40,820 nt of DNA, taken from Acidobacteriota bacterium (GTDB taxonomy: Bacteria > Acidobacteriota > Blastocatellia > HR10 > JACQTD01). Position 1 is the stretch's first letter. The number at the start of each line of letters is the position of its first letter. The stretch is from NCBI GenBank assembly GCA_016210985.1, contig JACQTD010000082.1, positions 1-40,820 of the forward strand. Reading direction: 5' to 3'. Position numbers and translations under genes: made by a program. Shown one piece after another: positions 9,884 through 17,828 of the stretch. A model generated the notes under the pieces. That model searched no databases and was not told the origin of the DNA. It was given only the letters and a program-made list of their open reading frames with translations.

Positions 9884-12520
9884 CTACCGCTTCGATGTTC
9901 GGGCCGTTTGAAACTGGAAGAGGATCGCACCGGCGTCCTTGAGCGTTACCCGAAGCGATTCTCCCGGCCTGCCGGGGAACCGGCATACCTCACGATCGTT
10001 GATCAGGAATTCCATGCTGCCCGCTTCCACCCGGGCTGTGAGCCTGGCAGCGCCGGTCGGTGAGAAGAGCACTTCGGCCGGCGGCGCCTGGAGGAATTGT
10101 CGATCCGTTCCCAGCATCCGGAACGCCGTCACTTTCGGAGGTGCGTCAGTTGCCGCCTCCATTTGAAGGAGCAGAGCCGCGTCCCCGATGCTGAAGCGGA
10201 GGAAGGCCACTCGCCGGGGTTCGGGCCACACCGCGAAATTGAACGAAAGGGTCGAGTTCTCGGGGAGCGGCGCATCCCCAAGGCTGCTCCCGGATTCCTC
10301 GCTGCCGGCCTGGAGCGGGAACGCGTCGGCGGTGGCCCGCAGAAATTCTTCGGACCGTTCGGTGCCGGATTCCTGCCAGGCGTTGCGCGCCGATTCCAAC
10401 CGGCCGTGACGGAAAAACGCGAGCGTGCCTTGCAGCTCACGCGCCTCCGGGTATCGGCCACTCCGATGCCGAATCGCGGACTCAAGCATGCGATCGGCCT
10501 CGTCGTACGCCGCGATCGAGGGTTGCGCGAGAGTCTGGGCAAGCGCAAGCTCGGCCGCGGGGTAATTACCGCCACGATGCCTGATGGCAGCCCGCAATTC
10601 GATCACCGCGGCCTGCGCATCCCCGTGTTTCGAGAGCGCGACGCCCAGCCCGAACCTCGCGGCCGGATAGTTGCCGCTACGCTGATCCGAGGCCCGGTGA
10701 AGCGAGGAGATCGCATCCGACAGGTTTCCGCGCTGAAGGAGAAGCATCCCCAACTTGTAGTGACCTTCCGGGTAAACCTCGCCCCGAAGGTCGATCGCGC
10801 GACGCGTTTCCTGCAGGGCCCGATCAACGTCATCCAGCAATCCGAACGCCTCCGCAATGAGGAGCATCGATTCCGGATCCTCGGAAGTGCGGTTCGACAC
10901 CCGCGTCAGCGATCGTTGCGCTTCCTCGCGCTCCCCGCGTTCAGCGTACAGTTGCGCAAGCGCTACCTGGATACCGAGGTGATCCGACTCCCGGCCCGCG
11001 GCTTGAAGCTCCGCCAACGCTCCATCCAGATCGCCCTGATCCCGTTTGAGCAGACCAGCCTGATAACGGGCCTCGGTGTACCGGCCGTCAGAAACTTCGA
11101 GCGCGAGACGGAACTGCTCGGCGGCTCCTTCCATATCCCCCTGGTCGACCAAAATGGCTCCCATCAGGGTACGGGCTCCCGGGTCGCCTCCAGCCGATCT
11201 CGCCGTAATCTCCCGCAATCGCTGCAAAGCGCCGTCGCGGTTGCCCTGGTCGAACATCCCGCGAACCGCGACTAGCGGGTCGTCGGTGGTCTCCGCGGCG
11301 GGAGGCGGCGTGGTCCCCGGCGGCGCAGGGGGCCGGGGGGTCGAGTTGTACCAGGAGAGGAACTGATAACCGATATATCCGGCGGAGAGAATACCGGCCA
11401 GAACGAAAATCAGGACGAATCCAAATAGCGCGATGCGGAGTTTCCCCGGTCGTTGAAGTGACGGCGTCGGGTAGAAGGTGCGAACGGGCACGGGAGATCG
11501 CCGCGCGGCTTCGACCTGCCCGGTCATGCCGCCGGGCAGGTTCGGTTCAGCGGACGGGCGTCTTCCGGCCGTGATTTCGCGACTGTTCCGCCGGTGATGA
11601 TTCGCCGCCGCCTGGAAATCGCCGGCCAGCTGCAGCGCGGAGGGGATCCGTCTTGCCGGATCCTTCTCGAGCGCGCGGGCGACGACGGCTTCGATGTCGG
11701 CGCTGGTGTTCAAGCCGGCCTCGCGCAGCGTGGGCGGCGGTTGCGAGGCATGCTGCATCATCACTTGCATTGGTTCGCCCTGGAAGGGAGGCCGCCCGGT
11801 CAGCATTTCAAACAGGATGATGCCAAGGCTGTAGATGTCGGAGAGCGGCGTGGGCGGCTTCGAATTGCATTGCTCTGGCGAAGCATACTCGGGGGTCCCG
11901 ATGAAAAGGTTTCGAGACGCCGGCAGTTTCACAGCGCCCTGCTCGTCGAGCACCTTGGCAATTCCGAAATCGAGGACCTTCACATAATCGCGCTCGCCTT
12001 CAACCTGCCGGAGCATGACATTGTCGGGCTTCAAATCGCGATGAATGATGCCATGGGCGTGGGCATCGGCGAGGGCCGAGCAGATCTGTCCGAGAATGCG
12101 GGCGGCTCGAGTGGGCCCGAACGGCCCCTCTAGCTTGATGAGCTGGTGAAGGGTGTGACCCTGAAGATATTCCATCAGCAGATAGACCACGTCTCCTTCC
12201 CGGCCGCAATCGAGGATGTTGATGACATGCGGGTTGGTCAGGAAAGCGGCCGCGCGCGCCTCGTGCAGAAATCGCTGGACGAAGCTGTCGTAAGCCGCCA
12301 GGTCCTCGAGCAGCACCTTGATAGCCAGCGGCTTCCCGGTAACCAGGTGGCGGGTCCGGTAGACGGAGCCCATGCCTCCCTGCCCTATTCGTTCTTCGAT
12401 TAGATATTTCGACGCGATCGTCCGACCGATCAGAGGATCTGGCTTCTCGCTCATCCGCGGCGTCCCATGCGACCGCTTGAGTGGACCTGCAGGAACCCGG
12501 TTGTGTGGCCGGGGCCTCAT
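9884..12520 (-). CDS. Membrane Ser/Thr protein kinase with TPR ectodomain and an unassigned C-terminal domain
   Basis: Hanks kinase motifs are present: GQGGMGSVY, AIK, HRDLKPDN, DFG, SPE. One TM segment (LRIALFGFVLIFVLAGILSAGYIGY) is followed by a Pro-rich linker, TPR units and a ~125-155-aa non-TPR tail. An alternative start ATG at 12454 (MSEKPDPLIG) is equally plausible. Confidence 0.9.
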   Translation of the reverse strand: MRPRPHNRVPAGPLKRSHGTPRMSEKPDPLIGRTIASKYLIEERIGQGGMGSVYRTRHLVTGKPLAIKVLLEDLAAYDSFVQRFLHEARAAAFLTNPHVINILDCGREGDVVYLLMEYLQGHTLHQLIKLEGPFGPTRAARILGQICSALADAHAHGIIHRDLKPDNVMLRQVEGERDYVKVLDFGIAKVLDEQGAVKLPASRNLFIGTPEYASPEQCNSKPPTPLSDIYSLGIILFEMLTGRPPFQGEPMQVMMQHASQPPPTLREAGLNTSADIEAVVARALEKDPARRIPSALQLAGDFQAAANHHRRNSREITAGRRPSAEPNLPGGMTGQVEAARRSPVPVRTFYPTPSLQRPGKLRIALFGFVLIFVLAGILSAGYIGYQFLSWYNSTPRPPAPPGTTPPPAAETTDDPLVAVRGMFDQGNRDGALQRLREITARSAGGDPGARTLMGAILVDQGDMEGAAEQFRLALEVSDGRYTEARYQAGLLKRDQGDLDGALAELQAAGRESDHLGIQVALAQLYAERGEREEAQRSLTRVSNRTSEDPESMLLIAEAFGLLDDVDRALQETRRAIDLRGEVYPEGHYKLGMLLLQRGNLSDAISSLHRASDQRSGNYPAARFGLGVALSKHGDAQAAVIELRAAIRHRGGNYPAAELALAQTLAQPSIAAYDEADRMLESAIRHRSGRYPEARELQGTLAFFRHGRLESARNAWQESGTERSEEFLRATADAFPLQAGSEESGSSLGDAPLPENSTLSFNFAVWPEPRRVAFLRFSIGDAALLLQMEAATDAPPKVTAFRMLGTDRQFLQAPPAEVLFSPTGAARLTARVEAGSMEFLINDREVCRFPGRPGESLRVTLKDAGAILFQFQTARTSKR

Positions 12521-12541
12521 CGGGCCGCAATGGCGAGCCTA

Positions 12542-12550
12542 TGCTATACT
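12542..12550 (+). promoter_or_regulatory. Candidate extended -10 element (TGcTATACT) upstream of the asparaginase-family gene
   Basis: TGCTATACT lies 27 nt upstream of the ATG at 12577, in the divergent intergenic region. No good -35 element is present. Sequence match only. Confidence 0.2.
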
Positions 12551-12576
12551 CGTAAGCGGAGACCAAGCAATCACCT

Positions 12577-13713
12577 ATGGCCATGAATCGACGCAACTTC
12601 CTTAAGACGTCCTGCTTCAGCTCTATCGCGATATGCGGTCCGGACGTCGGCCTTAGCCGTGCGTTCTCCTCCTCCTCTGTTGCCGCATCGCTTCCGGTCG
12701 TTATCTCGAGCGCGAACCGGGTGCAACTCGCCGATGGATCATCCTACTACGGAGGCGAACGTGCCACGGCCAAGGCGTATGGGTTGATCAAGGGTGGCGC
12801 CGACACGCTCGACGCCGTGATCGCAGGCGTCAATCTTGTTGAAGATGACCCTGACGACGTCACCGTGGGGTTAGGCGGATTGCCCAACGAGGAGGGAGAG
12901 GTTGAACTCGACGCCTCGGTGATGCACGGGCCCTCGCGTTCGGCCGGCGCTGTAGCGGCGCTGAAATACATCAAGAATCCGTCGAGAGTAGCAAAGCTGG
13001 TGATGGAGCGCACCGATCACATCCTGCTGGTGGGCGAAGGAGCGTTACGATTCGCGCTGAGCTACGGGTTCAAGAAGGAAGACCTGTTGACCGACTTCTC
13101 CCGTAGAGTATGGTTGAAATGGCGGGAGGAACGAAGCGAGAGGGACGCCTGGGGACCGGGCAAGATCAGGAGTGTGCCGGAAGATGAAACGGCAGAGGAT
13201 CGACGAATGAGCAGGATTCTCCGGGAGCTCCCGACGGGGACGATCAACTGTCTCGCCGTGAACGAGAAGGGAGAGCTCTCCGGAGTCACAACGACCAGCG
13301 GCCTGGCTTGGAAGGTCCCCGGCCGGGTAGGCGACTCCCCGCTGATCGGTTGCGGTTTGTTCGTGGACAACGAAGTCGGCGCCGCGGGTTCGACGGGAAG
13401 AGGAGAGGAGAACATCCGCATCGCAGGTGGCCACACGGTCGTCGAGAACATGCGTCACGGCCTGAGTCCGCAGGAAGCCTGCCTGGATGCGCTCAAGCGG
13501 ATTGTCTCCCGCTATGGCGGGCGTCCCGATTTCCAGATCAGTTTTTATGCCGTAAACAAGGCCGGGCAGTATGCCTCGGCGTCCATCTGGAGCGGCTTTT
13601 CAGACCGCACCTTCGGTATTTGGAATCCAGCTCGATTCGCGGTCACCGACGCGAAGGGCAGCCGGATCGAAGACTGCGCCTACCTCTATCGCCGATCTCC
13701 ACCGCCGCGTTAG
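12577..13713 (+). CDS. Glycosylasparaginase / isoaspartyl-peptidase family Ntn hydrolase with twin-arginine signal
   Basis: MNRRNFLK is a Tat-type signal. The block TGTINCLAVNEKGELSGVTTTSGLAWKVPGRVGDSPLIGCGLFVDNEVGAAGSTGRGEENIR closely resembles the autoprocessing/nucleophile region of glycosylasparaginases. Confidence 0.85.
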   Translation: MAMNRRNFLKTSCFSSIAICGPDVGLSRAFSSSSVAASLPVVISSANRVQLADGSSYYGGERATAKAYGLIKGGADTLDAVIAGVNLVEDDPDDVTVGLGGLPNEEGEVELDASVMHGPSRSAGAVAALKYIKNPSRVAKLVMERTDHILLVGEGALRFALSYGFKKEDLLTDFSRRVWLKWREERSERDAWGPGKIRSVPEDETAEDRRMSRILRELPTGTINCLAVNEKGELSGVTTTSGLAWKVPGRVGDSPLIGCGLFVDNEVGAAGSTGRGEENIRIAGGHTVVENMRHGLSPQEACLDALKRIVSRYGGRPDFQISFYAVNKAGQYASASIWSGFSDRTFGIWNPARFAVTDAKGSRIEDCAYLYRRSPPPR

Positions 13714-13950
13714 CGAGGCCGGCTGCGCATAATCCCCCGATTAGGTGGGGGAATTGCCCCGATCGCTTCCGGGTGGGGTTCAGATCTCAGAACCATAACT
13801 TCCATAATAACAATCCATTAATGGAATAGCATGCGTAGAATGCCCCGGCATGCCAGTGGCGTTGGTGTTGCAGGGAGGATGACTTTGTGCTCCAGACCCC
13901 TTGGCGGCGAGCACGAGCGGGCCAGTGGCGGTTACAAGCGGGTGGAGAAT

Positions 13951-14196
13951 ATGGTGTCACTACGAATTCATCGAAAGGGTTTTCTGGCAGTGATGGTTGC
14001 GGCGGTGCTCCCTGTGTCGTTTCCGGGGATGACTGCTGAACCCGCCATGGGTTCAACAGCTGAGAAGCTCAGTGGGCCTTACACCAACGCTGAAGCGAAT
14101 GATGAATCAGGGGGACCCTCGGTCAGTGCCGATGGACGGTTCGTGGCGTTCGGGTCGCCTCCACGTAGATGGGCCTCGTCATTGCAAGTGAAATAG
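13951..14196 (+). pseudogene. Truncated 5' remnant of a secreted protein (signal peptide plus the start of a PD40/TolB-like SADGRFVAF repeat)
   Basis: GGTGGAG RBS precedes the ATG at 13951. The signal-like segment MVSLRIHRKGFLAVMVAAVLPVSFPG is followed by SVSADGRFVAFGS. The ORF then stops after 81 aa, exactly where repeat copy A begins (14197). Confidence 0.35.
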
Positions 14197-14385
14197 GAGT
14201 GCGTTCCCTCACTACCGCGTTGCCGAGGAGTACCACGCATGCTCACGCGGAGTCGCTGAGCCGCGGGGAGCATCACACCACCAAGAGTACTCATTGTGAT
14301 CCTGCGGCTCCGCGTGAGAATTGGCGCCGCCTTCAATCGCAGCCGGCACTTGCCGATGCTCAACACTGCGTCGGGAACCCAGGCA
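14197..14385. repeat. Direct repeat copy A (189 bp), containing a pseudo 3' end of the FHA gene (14304-14384, minus strand)
   Basis: Aligns by eye with 15438-15634 at roughly 89% identity, with about 21 mismatches and one 8-nt indel. The minus-strand translation AWVPDAVLSIGKCRLRLKAAPILTRSR matches the FHA gene C-terminus AWAPDAVLSIGKYRLRLKSAPMLTQSR. Confidence 0.9.
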
Positions 14386-14516
14386 ACCGGATCTGGCTTC
14401 ATTCTATAGTAGCTTGGGGCCCTGATGTCCTGCGGATACAAGGACGGCGTTGCGCGTCGGCAGCAGCCATGTGCCCGACCATCCGCAGTATTCAGACAGG
14501 CGCATGAACTAGCGGA

Positions 14517-15425
14517 CTAATTACACGCGGCCACTCTCTCCCAGCCTTCGGGGACGTCACAGGGCGTGGGAAAAATGCGGCAGAGGCCTGTGAGCGGATT
14601 GCGCGCGGGCGAGATCACCGGAATACATGGGCCGGACGGCGGCGAGCTTACCACCTGGTTCGTGAACTTCCCTTCCGCCAAAAGCATGTTCATCGCACTC
14701 ACGCACACCGGCAAATCTCCGGTTACGCGCATCGAACCCATGAATTCCGCCGGTGCCGTCGGAAAGAACTCGGTGAGCAACTTCCTCATGCGCGCTTGAG
14801 GCCCGAGCTCGATGGTTTGGGTCGCTACAAACTTTCCGGAATGGTCCATAAGGGACAAGTAGACGGTGGCGTTCCGGGTTGTGGAAGGATTGACGATGGC
14901 GTAAGACGACTTGCGATTGGGACGAATTACCCCGAAACCCGACCATTTCTGAGCTGGTTGCGAAGCTCCGAACGTCGCGCTCGAAACGATTTCGGTGGAG
15001 GGGCGATGACAGATCGGATGCGGGCCCACCGGCGCGTTGATCACCGCGACTTCAGCGCTGGCGACGATCGCTCCCGACGGACCATCGTAAGAAAGGCGCA
15101 CCCATCCATCCAATGACGGGTCGTCCCCGGCGGTAAACGCCTCAATCGAGGCCAGAGGACCGACATGGAAGACCGTATTCGTGCCCGGACGGGGAACGGG
15201 AAAGAGTTCCAGTATTCGAACCGGCTTGCCATCATTCTGGAAGGCTTCGAGCGTGACTTCAATCCCCGCGGCGGTGCGATTCACGATTCGGAAAGTGGTC
15301 TGAAGGTGAAGCGGGTCCTTCACATATCCGTTCTGCACGATCGGCAGGATCAATTCTTGAGACTTTGCGGGAATGGGCTGCGTAGCCGCCACCAAAATCA
15401 TCGTCATGGCCCATAACCTGAACAT
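14517..15425 (-). CDS. Hypothetical secreted protein with two internally repeated beta-rich halves and a Cys-rich tail
   Basis: Signal-like N-terminus MFRLWAMTMILVAATQPIPAKS. The pattern [FY]xIVNxxxxxxxxVxLxxxxxxGKxV ... G[WS][VM]R[LV] occurs twice, at about aa 45-115 and aa 175-255. There are 4 Cys in the last 38 aa. I recognise no family. Confidence 0.7.
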   Translation of the reverse strand: MFRLWAMTMILVAATQPIPAKSQELILPIVQNGYVKDPLHLQTTFRIVNRTAAGIEVTLEAFQNDGKPVRILELFPVPRPGTNTVFHVGPLASIEAFTAGDDPSLDGWVRLSYDGPSGAIVASAEVAVINAPVGPHPICHRPSTEIVSSATFGASQPAQKWSGFGVIRPNRKSSYAIVNPSTTRNATVYLSLMDHSGKFVATQTIELGPQARMRKLLTEFFPTAPAEFMGSMRVTGDLPVCVSAMNMLLAEGKFTNQVVSSPPSGPCIPVISPARNPLTGLCRIFPTPCDVPEGWERVAACN

Positions 15426-15437
15426 GCCTCATGCCAA

Positions 15438-15634
15438 GAGGGCGTTCCCTCACTACCGCGTTGCCCGCGAGTACCTTGCAAGCTCACGCGGAGCCGCAGA
15501 GCCGCGGGGAGCGTCACACCAGCACGAGTACTCGTTGTGATCCTGCGGCTCAGCGGCTCTGCGTGAGCATTGGCGCGGACTTCAATCGCAGCCGGTATTT
15601 GCCGATGCTCAACACCGCGTCGGGTGCCCAGGCA
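15438..15634. repeat. Direct repeat copy B (197 bp): the authentic last 85 nt of the FHA gene plus 112 nt of its downstream spacer
   Basis: See copy A. Copy B carries an extra 8-nt tandem unit (GCGGCTC-A-GCGGCTC-T, 15545-15560) that contains the FHA gene stop codon. Confidence 0.9.
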
Positions 15635-16407
15635 TGCTGACCGCCCGGCTGCACTTCGTCGTCTCCGATACGAACAGGATTCCGGCCCGACACCTCAACG
15701 ACCAGGCCGCGGTCAGCACTTCCATGAAGAGTCAGATGCAACCGGCTGATCTCGGGATCATCCGGCAACTCAAGGTCCACGCTAACCTGCTTCCCGCCCC
15801 GCCCTATGGTGAAGTGGGGGGTGCGAACGGCGTGCTCGTGGGACGTTGATGCGTCGCCCTGATCAACCAGAATGAGCCAGCGAATCGGATGGTGAGGGGA
15901 CGCGGGTGTCTTCGCCACCTGTGTCTCCTCATCCGTCGAATCGGCGGAACGGGTAGACGAGGTCCCACGCCCACGCGCGGCCACCTGGGTGGCTTCGTAT
16001 TCCACGTCCCAGAGCGCTTTGACGGCGAACTCGTCGGTCGTGAGACTTCCATCCGCCTTGACTTGGACGAAGAGACGCTCGGTTTGGGCCTGTCCCCCGA
16101 CCAGTCTTCCGGCCGCTTCAGCGGTGGCATGACGGAGCCCGCGCATGAACCCCAATCGACGATCACCCCGCAACTCGCGTTCATCCTCCACGCTGAGGAA
16201 CACAAGATACTCGGGCGGGATGTAGGCCGGTTCACCTGGAGGCTGCAGCAGCTCGGCCCGCATTACGCGCTCGATCTCGCGCGCGATGCTGTCGAGCAAC
16301 TGGTTCCAGCGGGATCCGCCACGGGCGGCGGTCTTCTCGTCGGCTTCGTAATTCTCGTCCAGCCGCCCGACGAAGGCCTTGAGCTTATCCCGCCAGCCGC
16401 CGCTCAT
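15550..16407 (-). CDS. FHA-domain protein, FhaA-like architecture (N-terminal domain + C-terminal FHA)
   Basis: C-terminal FHA hallmarks TIGRGGKQVSVDLELPDDPEISRLHLTL...VSGRNPVRIGDDEV. The N-terminal ~130 aa resemble the FhaA N-terminal (DUF3662-type) domain by recall. The start shares ATGA with the kinase stop. Confidence 0.85.
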   Translation of the reverse strand: MSGGWRDKLKAFVGRLDENYEADEKTAARGGSRWNQLLDSIAREIERVMRAELLQPPGEPAYIPPEYLVFLSVEDERELRGDRRLGFMRGLRHATAEAAGRLVGGQAQTERLFVQVKADGSLTTDEFAVKALWDVEYEATQVAARGRGTSSTRSADSTDEETQVAKTPASPHHPIRWLILVDQGDASTSHEHAVRTPHFTIGRGGKQVSVDLELPDDPEISRLHLTLHGSADRGLVVEVSGRNPVRIGDDEVQPGGQHAWAPDAVLSIGKYRLRLKSAPMLTQSR

Positions 16408-17828
16408 CGTTTGCGCTGCTCACTCCAATCGATGAATCGCTCTCTCACCCAGCCCTGAGTCGCTTCAGAAGGATTGCCATTCCAGTATATCACCTCGACT
16501 TCGACCCAACCATCCGCCGTCTTCCTGCGCATTTTTCGGACGCGGGAACCGAAGGGGAGAACGGCGGCGCTGCCAAAGTCCTCGCCCGGACCCGACCTTA
16601 AGTTCAGATTCCTTGTGTTGACGGCGCCTTCAGGCCAGCCAAGCCGTCTGGCCACCGACCAGAGACCCCAGGAGGCCAGGAAGAAGCAGGCGCAGAGTCC
16701 CAACGCGAAAAGGCGGCGGCCGAAACCCGAGCCCACGGGAAGCCGAGTCTGAATTGTGGCGGTGGCCGGCGGCGCCGGCTGCTGGAGTCGGTCCGCTGGC
16801 TTCATCTCACCCGCCGGTGGCGCCACAAATCCCGGCAACGATGAAGTCGCGGCCGAAGACAACACGACCTCCATGCGCACGACTCCTGGAACCGGGGATG
16901 GATCCTGGCCGGCGTCGAACTTGACCCGGCTGGAAGCTGTCGCCACGCTTGTCTCCTCCTCTTCCTCCAGGTCCATCTTCGCGCTGACGCCGCAGGCCGA
17001 TGAGAGATCGGTCCAGAACTCCTGTATGGACGGATAGCGATCACGTGGATCCGTCAGTGTGGCTCGCTCCAGAATCCGGGAGAGTGCCGGTCCCTCGGGA
17101 GTAGACATCAAGCGATCCGGCAAGGAGGAAATCGGCTGTTGATTGAATTGCCGGGGCGAGTCTCCGGTGAGCGCGACGTAACAGGTCTTGGCCAGGCCGT
17201 AAACGTCCGCCGAGGGCGTCAGCCGATGATCCTCCTCCCCGAAACACTCCGGGGGCGCGTAGGTCTCCGTGCCGACGCCGCGGGTGATCTCCGCATCCTC
17301 CTCGCGGAGCATCCGAGCAATGCCGAAGTCAGCGATCTTGACGAGCGCGAGGTCGCTCGTGAGCAGGATGTTCTGCGGTTTGATATCCCGATGTACGATT
17401 TGGCGTGCGTGGGCATACGCCAGGCCCTGCCCTGCCTGCCGGCAATACTCCACCGCCTCGGCCACGGAAAGTTCACGAGTGCGGCACAATCGCATCAGAT
17501 CTCCGCCGGGCAGGTATTCAAGCACCAGATAATGGAAAGTCCGGCGCTTCAGGTCAGCTGCCGTGCCGTATCCGAGCAGCTGGATGATGTTGCCATGACG
17601 CAACCGTTCGAGCAGCGCACCCTCCATCTCGAAGTAGACACGGAGACGCCGTTCGGTCTCCCGATCCAGCGTGCCTTTCAATTCCGGATTTAGCGCCTTG
17701 ATCACGACGGTGCGCTGGGCGAGCCGATCCTCCGCAAGGAAGAGCTCGGCATAGCTGCCGTGCCGGAGGCGTTGGCGAATGAGATAGCGATCCGCCAGCA
17801 ACGACTTCTCAAGTTCGTAATAGAGCAC
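16404..17828 (-). CDS. Membrane Ser/Thr protein kinase with extracytoplasmic SH3b-like domain
   Basis: VVIK, HRDIKPQN, DFG and APPE motifs. One TM segment (RRLFALGLCACFFLASWGLWSVA). The C-terminal NLNLRSGPGEDFGSAAVLPFGSRVRKM..DGWVEVEV...GWV is typical of bacterial SH3 domains. GTG start immediately follows the PP2C stop. Confidence 0.88.
   Translation of the reverse strand: MLYYELEKSLLADRYLIRQRLRHGSYAELFLAEDRLAQRTVVIKALNPELKGTLDRETERRLRVYFEMEGALLERLRHGNIIQLLGYGTAADLKRRTFHYLVLEYLPGGDLMRLCRTRELSVAEAVEYCRQAGQGLAYAHARQIVHRDIKPQNILLTSDLALVKIADFGIARMLREEDAEITRGVGTETYAPPECFGEEDHRLTPSADVYGLAKTCYVALTGDSPRQFNQQPISSLPDRLMSTPEGPALSRILERATLTDPRDRYPSIQEFWTDLSSACGVSAKMDLEEEEETSVATASSRVKFDAGQDPSPVPGVVRMEVVLSSAATSSLPGFVAPPAGEMKPADRLQQPAPPATATIQTRLPVGSGFGRRLFALGLCACFFLASWGLWSVARRLGWPEGAVNTRNLNLRSGPGEDFGSAAVLPFGSRVRKMRRKTADGWVEVEVIYWNGNPSEATQGWVRERFIDWSEQRKR

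Noticed and set aside
14079-14441. 120-aa minus-strand ORF running through repeat copy A
   Set aside because: Only its 27 residues inside the repeat resemble the FHA C-terminus. Nothing FHA-like lies upstream. The rest is read-through of spacer sequence caused by the missing 8-nt unit. It is treated as a pseudogene fragment.
14197-15634. Diversity-generating retroelement (template/variable repeat pair) as an explanation for the 190-bp repeats at a gene 3' end
   Set aside because: The mismatches between the copies are not adenine-specific in either direction; they involve all four bases. The repeat extends well past the stop codon. No reverse transcriptase is present in the window.
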